This document shows positions 1-19,004 of a stretch of DNA of 64,000 nt, in pieces. Positions within the stretch are counted from its first letter, which is position 1. Each line of letters opens with the position of its first letter. The DNA is taken from NCBI RefSeq assembly GCF_009914755.1, contig NC_060940.1; one strand, written 5' to 3'. This DNA is from the human T2T-CHM13v2.0 reference genome, Homo sapiens. The notes beneath the pieces are model-generated. The model was not told where the DNA came from. It did no database searches and was given only the letters and a program-made list of their open reading frames with translations. The translations under genes and the position numbers were made by a program.

Positions 1-54
1 AGAGGCTGTAATAAGCACTGAGAGTCAAAGAAAAAGAAAAAGATCCTTAAGGCT

Positions 55-215
55 GTACTATCTGTGTGGCCTCGGGCACGTTATTTGACCTCTCTGTGCC
101 TGTTTCCCCTTTTATATACTAGGAATACTCATGCCACTTCTAGTATTGTGTTTATGAGGATTGAAGGTGGTTACATCTGTAAAGTGCTCAGAACAGTGTC
201 TGGCACATGGTAAGA
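55..215 (+). mobile_element. MIR SINE fragment
   Basis: MIR core 'ctgtgtggcctcgggcacgttatttgacctctctgtgcct' and 3' end 'tgtaaagtgctcagaacagtgtctggcacatggtaag'. Confidence 0.8.
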
Positions 216-429
216 TCTGTGTTCAGGTTTGTTAGGTAAGGGGCATTGGGCTGGTAGTGAAGTGGGGCGAGCAGACACACACGTGCGTTCTCATCCCCAG
301 CGATGCCAGGACCCTGAACCTGTGCAGTGGGTGAGCCCGACATGGATGGTCCCGCCGAAAACCTCAAAGCCAGTGTTTCCATGTACACTAACACCAGCCA
401 CCATATGCCGGCTTGCCAGACACACCGGG

Positions 430-580
430 AACTTTGCATTTATTTTCTCATCATGCAGTTCTTATCAGGCTCCATATAAAGTGTTTATAGATGAGGAAAC
501 TGGGGCTGAGGGGCAATAAGCATCTTGCCCAAGCTCCCGTAGCTTGTAAGTGCCGGAGCCAGGAATTGAGCCGAACTCTG
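430..580 (-). mobile_element. MIR SINE fragment
   Basis: 'atagatgaggaaactggggct...cttgcccaagctc...gtaagtgccggagccagga' is the reverse MIR core. Confidence 0.75.
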
Positions 581-2755
581 CAAATGCCGCCGCACCACCC
601 AGCCCTCCGTGGAGAAGCCAGCCGCACACGTCCATGCCCAAATCTAGGAGCTGGTGATGCAGAGAGTCACCTACTACAGGTTTCAGCCGTAAAGTTCGTC
701 ATGTGAAGACAATTCAGAAGATGGTGGGACTCCCCCCACCTGTTCGCAGCAGAGATGCAGGGAGTTCACACACCATCCCCCGCAACTGCTAGGGCTCCAC
801 AGAGAAATTTGGGAGCGAAAAGCAGCTCTGAGTGAATGAAGCCATAAACTCAAGCCTGTGTCTCATTTGACACTCTGCCAACCACCATGTAAATATTCCT
901 AGTACTTAATGTATTAATCGAGAAGAAGAGAGAAACTGGGCTCATTATACATCCCACATTTGTGTTTCTCTTTAATACAGTAAAAGCCTCTTAAGATATT
1001 TTCCAGGAGAGCAACCACTAACGTCATCTTGCCAGAAAAAAAACATCTCAGGGGAGAGACCTTGGTGAGCTTCAGACTCAGAATATGTATGTGGAGGCCT
1101 ATGCATAGGTATATATATGTTTAATTAGTGTGGTTTCTTGGGAGGACTTTTCTATAATATCAAATTAAAATCCAGTAAGAAAAAAAATTAAGGTCATTTA
1201 TAGACAAAAGAATCCAGAGCCAGCCACTGAAAGCATATTTGCTGTTCTGTTCCCATCCTGCATATTTTCTAGGTATAGCACACAGAGAAGCTGAATTGAA
1301 GAGACTCCTCTTGGTGGTCTCAAGTTGTAGAACTTGCTGGTCCCACCCTCCATTGTGGCCTTCATACCTCCACCAGGAAGTCTTCCCTGACTTCAAAAAC
1401 ATGAGCCGCCCTTCCCTGGGTTCATTTCTCATACTCCATCGCATCACGGTTGCCTGATTGACAGTTCTTCCTTCCCGCAGTCCCCCCCGTCCCCGCACCC
1501 ATGACACCATAGAATTAGAGGGCAGAGCCTGGTCTTACTTGAGTCTTTGCCTTCTTGGGATCTGTCACAGTGCCGGGTACAGAGTCGAACCTGTTTGTTG
1601 AATAACGAACTGAAGCTGTGTGGAAGTCATTGTGTAGCACCGGCTTTGCTGGGTGGTTAATTTCCTTTCTCCCTCGTCCTATGTCCCTTCACTTCCAGGA
1701 CACTGTCATTCATGGTCGTTCATAGATGCTCAGTTCCCATGTGGCGCCATCTCACCTGCCCGCTGGACATTGACCAGCTGATACTTGCAGGAATTTCCAT
1801 GAAGACTCTGCCTTAGTTGTTCCTGGTGACAAAGAAAATTTGTTTGACACTTCTGGGGTCTGGTGTTCTCAGTGAACCCACCAGAATTGGCCAGCTTGCC
1901 CCACTTCACTCATTTCAGGCTGAGTTCGAGGACCCTATTTCTAGGTAGAACGCATTGGTTTTGTGATTGAATGAATTATAAGACAACTTGACTCCGTTGG
2001 GCATTAAACGTTGGCCAAAGTATTTCTGGGGCTGTGAGTTTCCTTGTATATCCTTATTTAGTCTCTCCTTCCAGCTCTAAAAGCCTTCTGAAAAGACTTA
2101 ACCCGTATTCTATCTGCTTTTGTTCCTCACATTTTCAGACAACTGATTAAAATCACAACTTAGAAGAGTATTTCTTGGCTCTTACCCTTTTGAGTAGTTG
2201 GAGAATAATTGCTACCTTTCCCTTCAGTATTCTCATTAATATTTGAGAACTTCAAACGGCAGAAAAACACAAAAAACAAATTGAGAACTGTGTATTGCAA
2301 TCTTGGTTCATCTCTAACACGCTGGAAAAAAAAAAAAAATTCAGCCTCTCAAGTTGCCACCAGTTGGTTATTTCCTGAAGCCACCTTTTTGGAGTTCACA
2401 ACCCCAGGCTGGAGGAATCCTCTCCCTTTCTCTCGTCCTTCTCTGCAGTGTCATGGGCCACTTGCATCTTTAGAAACCATGCAACACAGGGAAAGAGCTT
2501 GGGCTGTGGATTCAGATCCTGCCCCCTCCCACACTGGCTGTGTGACCCTGGACAAGTCCTCAGCCTTTGTGGCACTCAGCTGTCACATGGTGGTGAGCAC
2601 ACTGACAGCATGGGCTGTGGTGAAGAGTGAACAAGCTTATGCCAGTCAAGTATTTCCCATGGTGCGGTGTGTCCTTAGCCCTCAAACGCCAGCATAAAAA
2701 CCAGGTCTACAGGGAGGAAGCACTCATTTGATTTCTTTTCTTTTGTGATTGGTGA

Positions 2756-3145
<390 letters not shown>

Positions 3146-3159
3146 TTTTTTGGCTGTTT

Positions 3160-4540
3160 TTTAAGTTGAGGTATAGCATACCTCCAATTTTAAGGTACAG
3201 TTTGATGGATTTTCACAAAATGAACACACCTAGGCAAACAGCAATAGACCAAGAAATAGACCATTATCAGATCTCCAGAGCCTTGTCTTGTTAAAGGGCC
3301 ACTGTGCTGCTTTCTGATACCATAGTGTGCTTTTGCCTGTATGTACTCCTTTGTATCTGGCTTCTTTCTCTCAGCATCACATCTGTGAGCTTCCTCCATG
3401 TTGTTGCAAGTAGCAATTGTTGGTTCATTTTCATTGCTCTGTAATAGTCCATTGTGTGAATACACCACAGTTTATTTATCTTTTACTATTAATGAATAGT
3501 TCAATGTTTTCTGGTCTGGCTCAATTACAAATAGTGCTGTAATTAACAATTCTTACATACTTCTTCTGCTGGCTCTGAGCCCTGGTTTCTGTGGGATGAA
3601 ATCCTTAGGAATGGACTTGCTGGTCACAGGGTATGTTTATACTCCACTGTAGTGCATACTGCCACACAGTGTCCCAAAGCAGCCATACGGTGATGATTTT
3701 TTAAAGAAAGAGAAAAAGAATACAAAGAATAGGATACCAGGCACCTGTGTTCCCACCACACCAAATTAACAGCTGTTCACATTTTATCATATTTGCTTCC
3801 AAGCACCTAAAAAATTATTAGGAAATGTTTCAGGTGTGCCCTGGAATACACAGGAAAATGTAATGAACACACACGTATAACCATCCAGATTAATCAATGT
3901 TAACATTTAGAAATTAAACACTGTAAATACAGCTAAACCCTCTTTGCACCTTTTCTCCCAGAAGGGAACCACTCTGCGGAATCATTCTGTGTCCTTATAT
4001 TACATATGATTATGAGAGGGTTTTCTTTTTACAGCTTCACATCAATGATACTTATTCTTTATGTAGCCTTTCACAACTGCTGTTCTTCACCAATATCACA
4101 TTTCTTGAGATGTATTCATTTAGATGCAGGGCATTCTAATGCATTAACTGCTACACTTGCCGATAGTCTATGGTGTGACTACTCAGTGTTGCATTTATGT
4201 ACTCTCTCTTTGATGAACATTTAGGTCGTTTGCAATTTTTCCCTATTTGGTCATTGTGGCATTAGCATCCTTGTACACGTCTTGGTATACATGTTTGAGA
4301 CTCGGTTTCTCTAGGTTGTGTGCCCATGAATGAGGTTCCTGGCTTATAAGGTATGCTTGTCATCAACTTGCCTAGCTCTTGCCAAATTGTACTCCAAGAT
4401 GGCAGCACCAGTGGTTCACTCTCAATCATGGGTGAGAATTCCCATTGTTTCACATTCACAACAGCACTTGGCTTTGTTCAACTTAAATTTTATTTATATT
4501 TCACCAACACAATGGGTATAAAATGGTATCTCATTTTGTT
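3160..4540 (-). mobile_element. Old L1M 3'-end fragments (continue at about 6935-7125)
   Basis: Degenerate L1M motifs such as 'ccatgttgttgcaagtagcaat..ttcattttcattgct..gtccattgtgtgaatacacc' and 'tggtatctcattttg'. Confidence 0.65.
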
Positions 4541-4560
4541 GCTGCTGTTGTTGTTTTTTT

Positions 4561-6947
<2,387 letters not shown>

Positions 6948-7146
6948 TGATTCACATTTTCCCAGTTACCGATAAGACTGATGATCTGCTCGTGATTTTT
7001 AGCCATTTGGATTTCTTCTTCCCTTTCTTGCCTTTGTGTGTCCTTTGGCTATTTTTCTTCTGGGGTATTTTTCTTATTTGTTTCTAGGATCATTTTATGT
7101 TTTCTGGATGCCATCCTTTGTCTACAAAGATAGAGCTCCCAGTGCT

Positions 7147-7235
7147 ATGCGAGGCTCAGGTGGGAAGATCCCTTGATGCCCGGAGTTCAAGACCAGCCTG
7201 GGCAAGACAGTGAGTTCCTGTCTCAACAACAACAG
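7147..7235 (+). mobile_element. FLAM / Alu left-monomer fragment
   Basis: 'gaggctcaggtgggaagatcccttgatgcccggagttcaagaccagcctgggcaa'. Confidence 0.8.
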
Positions 7236-8196
7236 CGAACTCTTGCTGTCCCCTCATTGGAGTAGCAACTCTGGCTCCATTCACACTAGACCCCACCATC
7301 TCTGCGTCCTCCCTGTGCCTCCTGCGTGCCTGGCCCCCGTTCCCTTTGCAGCCCCCAAAGCATTGGTGCACACGCTTGTTTAATTGTCTCCTTCCTCGCT
7401 GGACTTGTTTTCTGGGGGAGCAGTTCCGCATCAGACTCCGCGCACTGAGAGACGGGCATGGCCTCTTGCGTCAGTGGAGGCTGGATTTGTGGGTATTGGC
7501 ATGAAGGAACGTTGGGCCGCAGATTGCATTCTTTCACTTGCATCCAGAGTAAACCCACTCCAAAGCTCCTCTCTCCAAAACGGGGTCCAGCAAGCTTTAA
7601 GTGTCCTGGCAGTACAGGGCCCAATCTCACTTGCTGAGGAGCCCATCTTCTCTACCAGCTCACAGCCACGTTCAGCTTAACCACCCCCTTGGAACTTTCT
7701 CATCATTTAATTTTTCAGCTCTTCTGCCTTCTGAGGGAAAGTGAAGTTCTTTTTTGTAATGAGTTTTGAAGCTTTTTTGAGTTAACTGCCTGATCCTCAT
7801 AAGCTGGTGAAAATGGGAACTGTTTTGTGTCACAGAGGAGCCTTTGATGCTGGCTCTTAGCTCTCCCCTGTGAGCTGGGCCGCCTTTTTCCTATCCGCAG
7901 AAAATAAACTAGCCCTGCTTCACATCAGTGGCACCATCTTAATAAGAATGGTGGCTATTTATTGAGTGCTAACTGCATGCCAGGCAGGGTGCCAAGGACT
8001 GCCTGCGCATTCTCATTTAATCTCGTCAGTATCCCTGGGGCCGAGGAGTTAGCATCCCTGCCTCACCTCATGTGACCCCTGAAGCCTTCAAGCTCTTTCT
8101 TGCCTCAGGACCTTTGCACATGCAGTTCCTTTAGGATACTCCATCCCTCACCCTTCCTGGTTTTCTCCTCTGGCAGGTCTCAATGGCAATTCTTTC

Positions 8197-8489
<293 letters not shown>

Positions 8490-8812
8490 GTCATCTGGAA
8501 TTCTGTCTCCTGGAAGAACTGTTTCTCAGCTACCCAGAATAAGTTAGTTCCCTCCATTACATGCTTTCTTTCTTTGCCCCTTATTTTTTTGTTTTATAGC
8601 ATTAGCACATTTTATGAACATAGTTATTTGCTTAAACATGGTAAGTGTGTTTGTGTGCTGGCCGGCGGAGCCATTGAAGGATTTTAAGCAGGGTAGTGAC
8701 AAAATCCAGTTTGTATTTTGGAGATATCACTGCCCTGTAGAGGACAGCTGGATGGGGTCAGTGTGGCTGGGAGTCTCCTGTGAGGGGAATGTGAGAGACA
8801 GAATGTCTGCAG

Positions 8813-9098
8813 CTGGTTGGGCGTGGTGGCTCACGCCTGTAATCCCAGCACTTTGGGAGACCAAGGCAGGTGGATCACTTGAGGTCAGGTGTTTGAACTG
8901 GCCTGGCAAACATGGTAAAACCCCATGTCTACTAAAAATACAAAAATTAGACAGATACGGTGTCAGGTGCCTGTAATCCCAGCTGGAGGCTGAGGCAGTA
9001 GAATGTCATGAACTCAGGAGGTGAAGGTTTTAGTGAGCCGAGATCATGCCACTGCACTCCAGCCTGGGCGACAGGATGAGACTCTGTCAAAAAAAAAA
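8813..9098 (+). mobile_element. Alu (AluS-type)
   Basis: Sense Alu dimer with A tail; 'aatgtctgcag' repeated on both flanks. Confidence 0.93.
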
Positions 9099-9550
9099 TG
9101 TCTGCAGGTTTCAGTGAGCGCAGAGCTACTGAGAACTGAGAGGGGAATCAGCAGACATGGAGACGTGGAGCCTGACTTGGCAGAGATGGGGACTTGCAGA
9201 AAGGTCACACTCATTTGTAGGTGACTATACTATGCAGTGTGAGGGCCCTAAAATTGTGCCTTGCACAAAGTTGTGACACAGGGGTAGTCAGCTGGCAACT
9301 CACAGGTCACATTCCACCCAAGGCAGGGGTTGTGTTTCCGTGGTGGTGGTGATGATAAGTACGATAAACCCATGCCTGCAGCTCAGGGTACACGGCCTCC
9401 CCAGCAAGCGAGGCTGGTCTTCCTCTTTATCTCACGCTTCCTCGTTGCAACCATTGTGAGGCACTCAATGGAGGCTGGGCCCTTCGCTGGAGCACATGGT
9501 CCCAAGTCACCAGCCTGCCCTGCTTCTCACACCTCCTTGGCTCTCATGGC

Positions 9551-9805
9551 TTTTTTTTTTTTTTTTTAAACCTAGTCTTGCTCTGTTTCCCAGGCTAGAG
9601 TGCAGTGGTGCAATCTGAGTTCACTGCAACCTCTGCCTCCTGGGTTCAAACAGTTCTCCTGCGTCAGCCTCCAGAGTTGCTAGGATTACAGGCACCTGCC
9701 ACCATGCCTGGCTAATTTTTGTATTTTTAGTAGAGACAGGGTTTCACCATGTTGGCCAGGCCGATCTCGAACTCCTAACCTCAAGTGATCCGCCCACCTC
9801 GGCCT
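9551..9805 (-). mobile_element. Alu (AluS-type), lacking its 5' about 35 nt
   Basis: T-tract then antisense Alu ending at 'cctcggcct'. Confidence 0.92.
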
Positions 9806-10504
9806 TCTGATGGCTTTTGAATTTGGTTCCCTGCAGGGTTCGGGGAAGACGTTTTGGAGCAGGTGATTTTTTTTCCTCTGAGCTTTGAATAATTAAGTAG
9901 ACAAGGGAAGAGCGTTTCAGGGAGGGGAAAGCATGAGCAAAGCTGCAGAAGCATGGGTAATGGACAGGTTCAGGCATGCACTCGATTCTTGATGTCCAGG
10001 TGCTCCTGCCCCTCACCACTGTTGGGAAGGGGTCCGGAGATGAGTGTGGCCTTCGGTGAAGCCCAAGTGAACAGGTAGCATGGTAATGGTAGGATCCGGG
10101 GCCCTGGACTTTCTCAGCAGTCGGGACCTGCCCTCCCTGTTATCTCCAGGACCAATGACTTCAGAGGACTGAACAACAAGGGCTCTGGGGAGGACAGCCA
10201 CCTGGCTGCAACCAAGATCCTAAGGCATCTTAAGAGTTCTTGGCAGAAAGGCCCTGAAGTAAAAAAGTAAATGAAAAGCTTCATTAATTTCTAGATAAAC
10301 ATTCCTTCATTTTTTATTTCACAAACCTGTATTGAATATCTATCATACACCAAGTCTCGTGGCCTTGGAGACGAATAAGATACATTTCCTGCCCTCAGAG
10401 AGTTCACAGTCTCATAGGGCCTCCGAGTCAGTGCTATGGAGGAGGTTAAATTAGGGTGTGGGAGCACACGGGAGAGTGTATCATCGTGGATGCTTTCTAC
10501 GGCA

Positions 10505-11060
10505 AGTGGCAACACCAAAGTCAAACTATTTTTAATCTAACAAGATCATGTATTGGCTTGTGTAACGAGAGGCTTAGGAATGACTTCAGGAGTGGCTGGA
10601 GTCGGGAGCTCAGTATCATCAGACATCTCTATCTTGACCAGTCTCCTTCTCTTGTATTTGCTGACATGAGAAATCAGCTGAGTCTTGCCTGTTGTATCTG
10701 TTCCTGTTTTTTTCTCTGCCTGCTTTTTCTCAATTGGCTTCCTTCTTAGGCAGCCACCTCTCTCAAGGCAAAGATGATCAGCTGCCTCAAGGCTTCCATT
10801 GTATCCACTAGGCGCCTCAGGCAGAAAGAGCATATTGTTTTCCCAGTAGTTTCAGTCTCAGCACTGATGCTCTGTGGCCTAGCTTGAGTCTCCTGCCTGT
10901 CCCAGGACCAATCACAGCGACTGTGATTGGCCAGGTCATTGGTTCATCCCTGGATGGAGGGGTGGATAATTTCTGTCCACTCTCAGACAAGGTTGATTCC
11001 CCAAGGAAAGGCTGTAGCACTGTCACCAGGAGAAAAGGACATGGGTAGCAAGCAGGCAAA
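10505..11060. mobile_element. Old MaLR LTR (MLT1J/K-like)
   Basis: 'gacttcaggagtggctgga..gagctca' and 'gaccaatcacagcg..tgattggccaggtca' are typical of MLT1 LTRs. Confidence 0.6.
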
Positions 11061-12710
11061 ATATCAAGGGGAGACAGCCTGTGGGGAGAAGGGAAAGAGA
11101 GACTGGGGAAGGGTCAGAACTGAGGTGCCACCAGAATTGAGTCTTGAGGGATAAGCAGCATTCAGCTATTGAAGCAGATAGACGAATTCCAGGCAGAGGA
11201 AACAGCACTTCTGAGAGCTGAGTTTATGGAACAACGCAACTTCCTCTGGCCCATGAGGCCCACTGAGAAGTCAGCATGTCCCACTAGCAGCAGGTACACG
11301 TGGCAGAGCATGTGCACGTTAGCAGGTGAGGCAAAACAGCAAGGCAGGGCCAGTTACCTTGTATGCTTAGCTAAGGAGTTTGGAATTTTATCCTGAAAGC
11401 AAAAAAAGTGGCATGGTTTTTAAAACTGGTTTGGCATTTAAAAAAAAAATGCTTGCTTGGGAAGCAGTGTAGGGGATGACCAGTAGCAGGAGACGCTGGG
11501 CTAGTAAATAAGTAAATACAGAGAGGGCTGCGTGCATATCAAGGAGAACACCATTTATTCATCCATTCTGCACATCTTTCATGAGCACCTACTATGTGCC
11601 AGCCACTGAAAATACAGTGGGAAATTAAACAGTTAAGGGCTCTGTTTGCATAGGCTTACAATTTTTGAGTGGGAAGGAGAACAGATAATGCACACATAAG
11701 CAAACATGTAGGTAGTCTCTAGTAATCTCTGAATAGCATAAAAGAGATTCAACTCTACATCTGTCTCTAAGTCAGGTCATAGGAGGCATTAACTTATAAA
11801 CCAAACAGCATAGAATTTTTTCAATTTGCAAATTAAAACAATTTTTGGCCACTGTTGCCAACAAAAGTAAAATTGCTCAGTTCTGCTTGAAAGATGAGGA
11901 TGTAAGTAGAGAGATGGTAGGTTTTTCAGAAGCTAGCAGTGAACTATCATCTAGGATTGATCTGCTACTTGATAGCAGAAGGGGCTTTGTATGCTGGGTA
12001 ATGGAGCCATAGCTCCTTTTGGACAGCTGCATAAATCTTTTTAGGGAGCTGGAAAAATGAGCCACCCAGGCAGACCTGGCATTCTGCTTAATTCTCATTT
12101 CCACCTTTCATTCCTTCCCCTTACGCCCTCCGCTCATTCCCTCCTCCTGCAGTGGGAAATCGCAGTAGAAGGCACAAGTTAGGGTTCTATATGGGCATTC
12201 TTCAAACTGGAACAACCAATAAAAAATGTGTTTGCTCTCTGGGGCATTTCCCTCAGCAGTACTGTTGGTGGCAGGCAGGTCATGCATTTCACATTGTTTT
12301 GGAGACTTTTGCAGATGCCCCCAATGCACTGATTTTGGAAATAATTGAACATCACTGTTTTTTGTTTGTGGTGGATTAGGCTTCACTGCTAAGTTCCAGG
12401 TGACTGACGGGGGTGCCAGTAATGCCAGCACCCGAGCAGGGCAAGACATAGCTGCATCTTTTCCAGATTCTCAAGGCAAGTGGTAAAATGAAGGCGTCTT
12501 GGGGATCCTCCCTTAGTCTGTGCTTAGGCCACATAGCTCTGCACTGGTCAGCACCAAAGACAGGTCCACCGCAGCTGTCATTTGCCTGATGGTTTCCCAC
12601 TCTGGGTGTGATCTGAATCACTGGGGGTTAAGCATATTCACAGGATCAGACCACACCCCAGACCCGGTGAATTAGAATCTCTACAGTGAAACCCCACAAT
12701 CTGCATTCAT

Positions 12711-13335
<625 letters not shown>

Positions 13336-13679
13336 CTGCATTTGTGAAAGGTCCTTAGATAATGCTGATGGAGCTTGCCTGCAGACCAATAACTGAGGAC
13401 CACCCAGAAGGCGGAAATAACTGGCCCCAGGTACACAGTGAGGTACATAGGTACTCAGAAAGCCAGGGCTGGGACTTCTGACAGGAGTCCGCCTCTCTGT
13501 AACCTCCACGGGCTCCTTTTGCTGTCAACCCCATGCCGTCATGTGGATGAGCAAAGAACACAGTGGTGAATATTTTCATGCATTGGTGCCAGGCTTTCCA
13601 GCCAAAATGTGGCTTGAGATGAACAGTATCAAATAAGACCTCAAAGAATGATTCTACAATTTTATCATCTGTCTATTCT

Positions 13680-13852
13680 TTCTCAATATCTTACCACTTA
13701 AAATGTGGTCTGTGTACCAGTGACATCAGCCTCATCTGAGAGCTTGTCGGATGTGCAGATTTCAGGCCCCATCCCAGACCTGCTGCATGAGAATCTGCAT
13801 GTTCACAGGCCCCCAGGTGGGTTGCATACACAAGCAAGTTTGAGAAGCACTG
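13680..13852. mobile_element. MER5A DNA transposon
   Basis: 'catcagcctcatctgagagcttgt..gcagatttcaggccccatcccagacctgctg..agaatctgcat..agtttgagaagcactg'. Confidence 0.8.
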
Positions 13853-14173
13853 TTGTGTGTCATTTTTGCAGTTGCTATCAGATTGGACCCTTCCAATGAG
13901 ACCCTTTCCTGTCTCCTTCCTCCCCGCCTCACCTTGGTCCCCTCAGTGGAGGGCACCTGTTGCTCACTTGTCAGATTGTCAGGCTCTGAGCCACGCCTGT
14001 CATGGGCAGAGTGACTGTGTGTTATGTTGTCATATTGGGGTGTGGCTGTGTGCTGTGTTGCCCTCTCAGGATGAAACAGGAAGCTCCCAGCTGCAGGCAA
14101 GGCTCCAGGCTCTCACCGCTTCTGCCTCTTCCTATGGGCTCTTCATTCAGATTTATTCAAGAATTGTGTTCAA

Positions 14174-14456
14174 CTATAACCCCAGCACTTTGGGAGATCA
14201 AGACAAGAGGATTGGTAGAGGCTAAGATTTCAAAACCAGCCTGGGCAACATAGTGAGACCCCATCCCTACAAAAACATTAAAAATACAAAAATTAGCTGG
14301 GTGTGGTGGTGTGCCCCTGTACCTTCAGCTACTTAGAAGGCTGAGGCAGAAGGATTGCTTGAGATTAGGAGTTCAAGGCTTCAGTGAGCTAGGGTTGCAC
14401 CACTACACTCCAGCCTGGGTGACAGAGTGAAACGCTATCTCTTTAAAAACAAACAA
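14174..14456 (+). mobile_element. Alu (AluJ-type)
   Basis: Sense dimer, diverged 5' end. Confidence 0.9.
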
Positions 14457-14477
14457 ATTATGTTTAAGACAGTGGTA

Positions 14478-14762
14478 GGCCAGACGCGGTGGCTCACACC
14501 TGTAATCCCAGCACTTTGGGAGGCTGAGGTGAGTGGATCACCTGAGGTCAGGAGTTCAAGACCAGCCTGGCCAACGTGAGGAAACGTCATCTCTACTAAA
14601 AATACAAAAATTAGCTGAGCATGGTGATGCATGCCTGTAGTCCCAGCTACTTGGGAGGCTGAGGCAGGAGAATCACTTGAACCCGAGAGGCAGAGGTTCC
14701 AGTGGGCTAAGATCACACCACTGTACTACTCCAGCCTGGGTGGCAGAGCAAGACACTGTCTC

Positions 14763-14790
<28 letters not shown>
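14478..14790 (+). mobile_element. Alu (AluS-type) with 28-nt A tail
   Basis: Full dimer; TSD aagacagtggta 14466-14477 / aaggcagtggta 14789-14800. Confidence 0.96.
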
Positions 14791-14794
<4 letters not shown>

Positions 14795-15279
14795 GTGGTA
14801 AAAGATCTACATGGTTCCTGCCCTCATGGAATTTTCAGCCTAGCAGAGAATTTTATGGTTTTATTTGTTTACTTATTAAACAAATAACCTGATTTAGTCC
14901 CAGGGTCAGTTAGGGCCCTTTACATTGAGATGTGGAGGCTGTGATCCAGTTAAGCTAAGAAGCAACAGGCAGAGTGGATACCAGGGGACATGCAGGCCTG
15001 CACCAGGCCAACACTAGTTATAGGGTCAGGGACCTTCTCTCTCTGACTCATGCAGGTTTTACTGCCACTGCAATGGAAAGGTTCTAGTTCTTGGTGAGAA
15101 CATGGGACCTGCTTAGTGTCCAGGCTCAGGACTGCCTCCGAGCTGGGCAGGCAACATGCTCCGTCCAGATGTGCGAGACTTGGAAGTGAAGCTGCAACTC
15201 AAACTAGGGTCTGATGAGGCCTCCTCTGGGCATTTACCTCCTTTGGGACAGTGGCAGTGAGGGGCGGTGGAGGAGGGCA

Positions 15280-15470
15280 TGGGTTCTGGGGTCAGAGTAC
15301 TTGGGTTTGAATCTTGAGCTAGTGTAGACCAGCATGTCACCTCGCTGTGCCTCAGTGTCTTCAAGTTTCAAGACGGTGGCATCTCCCTTACGAGGGCGCT
15401 GTGAGGATTGAGTGATTCGGGGAATGGCTTCAGAATGTGGCCGGGCCCACAGGGAATGCTTCACAGCCGC
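15280..15470 (+). mobile_element. MIR SINE fragment
   Basis: 'ggttctggggtcagagtacttgggtttgaatc...ctgtgcctcagtgtcttc...gctgtgaggattgagtga'. Confidence 0.7.
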
Positions 15471-15662
15471 CGGTGGTGGTGGTTGCTAGGCTGAGGTAAC
15501 ATTTGAGATTTCCTGACCAAAATGCCCTTTGAATGCCACCCCCCAACTCTGACTCTCATCAGCTTCCCCACGGTGGCCGGGGCCTCATTCCCAGCCCTGT
15601 TTTACAGATAGGGAAACTGAGGTTCAGAGTGGCCTGCTCTAGGGCTCAGCCTGATCTTCTAG

Positions 15663-16125
15663 CCAAGGAATTCTTATCCTGGGGTCTGAGGACGAAATTC
15701 AAGTGATTAATGGAAAAGATTTACACTTTTGTTCTCACTACCCTCTACGTGAAACATGAACTTTAAATGTGAACTTAGATGACAAATTATAATAGGAGTA
15801 ATGGTACCTCCTCCTTTGTCCCTAGTGGAAAGCAATCACAGGTATTTTCGTATCACATTGCGGTTGCTGCGATGTTTCCAGCCATCATTAAAGCTCATGG
15901 TTAAAGGTCACTACTTTAGAATTACAGGAGCGATTAGAGCTGCCAGTAGATCTTGTTATTGAATGTGCCTGCAAAGAAGCACTCACGTTGCTGCATGGCA
16001 GTTCTGATACCTGTGTTTAAGACTATGTGCCTTTCTGCCTTTTTTCCCTAATCCCATGTATCTTGTTTTGTGAACTTAAAAACATCATTCTGACAAGGGG
16101 CCAGTAGGCTTCATTACAGCCACAG
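15663..16125. mobile_element. Charlie4-type hAT DNA transposon
   Basis: Start 'aggaattcttatcctggggtc' and end 'ttaaaaacatcattctgacaagggg..taggcttca' resemble Charlie4a/4z. Confidence 0.55.
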
Positions 16126-16911
16126 GGAGGACCCTCCCATCCACCACCCCCACCCCCAGGGTCGCCTCAACTGCACACCCCCCTGCCCATACCCTGCTGG
16201 GTGCTGCCACCCACCACTGCTGCTCTGAGCTGCCTCACTCCTTCCAGTTCGTCCTCCTTTTCCTTCCCTGCGACGTTCCTTTTTGTGAAGCAGGTGCTGG
16301 ATAAATAATTAATAGGGTGGGAAGAATGTGGAGAGAATAACATAGCTCGTGTTTATTTTTAAGCAGCTGCTCCAGGTGCAGTCTAGGTGGGGAAAGTGGT
16401 TGAGGGGAGGCTGCTGCCGAGTGGTGGGAAGAGGCTTTGCAGATAAGCCCGTGCACTGAGAAGTCAGGGTGTTGGGGGGCAGAATGGGGCTCCAGGATGG
16501 GCAGCCCAGGGAAGGAGGGTCTGTGACCAGAACAATAAGTGGGGGATGCCCAGGGAGTATCAACATTTCAGTGAGAAGCTGAGGAAAACTCCTAGACTAG
16601 CAAAGTCGTGAGAGGAATTTGATTTCTGTGATTGAAAAGAGCAGAAATGGTGCAGCTTAAAGCTGGCTCCAGGGCTGGAGCGATCCCAGCAGAACGGGGT
16701 CTCCTCTTCCTTCTTTCCCTCCTTCCCTCTCTCCGTCACTTTTTTTCTGTGTAGGATTCACTGTCAGAGAGGCTTTCTTCAAGACAGAGCCTCTGGCAGG
16801 CCCAGACTTATTATGGCAATACCCGCTGCAGAAAGAGAGCTTCTCCTTTCTAATAGTCCCAGAAACGTCCTAAGATTAGATTCCATTGTTCTGTTTGAGC
16901 CATGTGTCCAT

Positions 16912-18178
<1,267 letters not shown>

Positions 18179-18260
18179 CTACTGTGAATGTTTTTGGGTG
18201 GACAAACGTTTATCTTCTTTATTTCATTCCATCTAGGAGTGGAACTGCCAGGTCATGTGG

Positions 18261-18397
18261 TGTCTTAGTCTGTTCAGGCTGCTGTGAGAGAATATCACAA
18301 ACTGGGTGGTTTACAAATAACAGAAACTTTTCATTCTTCTGGAGACTGGGAATTCCAAGATAAAGGTGCTAGCATATTCGGTGTCTGGTGAGGGCCT
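18261..18397 (-). mobile_element. MaLR LTR fragment (MLT1A/MST-like)
   Basis: 'tgtcttagtctgttcaggctgct...actgggtggtttacaaataacagaaa...ttctggagactggga..tccaagat'. Confidence 0.75.
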
Positions 18398-19004
18398 ATT
18401 TGAAAAAAAACCATTGTTTCCACATTGAATTTTCTTGGCATCCTTGTGGAAAATCAATTGACTATAAATGTGAGAGTTTATTTCTAGAATTTCAGTTCTT
18501 TTTCATTGATCTAAACATCCTTATGCCAGTTCCTTTTTTAAAAAAACAAATCTTATTTTGTATATTCGAGGTTTGCAACATGATGCTGTGGGATATGTAG
18601 AGATAGGAAAATGGTCACTATAGTGAAGCAGATTCGCATAGTTAGCTCACGTGCTTCCTTGATTACTGTGGCTTTGTACAGGTAGTAGCTGTTGGAATTG
18701 AAAAGTATGAGTCCTCCAGCTTTGTTCTTTTTCAACATTAGTTTGGCTTCTCTGGGTTCCTTAGTTTTTATATGAATTTTTGGATCACCTTGTCAATTCT
18801 GCAAAAAAAAAAAAAAAAAAAAAAGGCAACTGGGATTTTGAGAAGGAATGACGTTGAATCTGCCAGTCAATTTGAGGAGTATCAGCATCTTCATGATATT
18901 AAGTCTTCCCAGCCATGACCATGGAATTTTTTCTATTTAGGCCTTCTTTATTTCTTTTGATCATATTTTGTAGTTTTTCTATAGAGTACAGGTTTCAGAT
19001 TTCA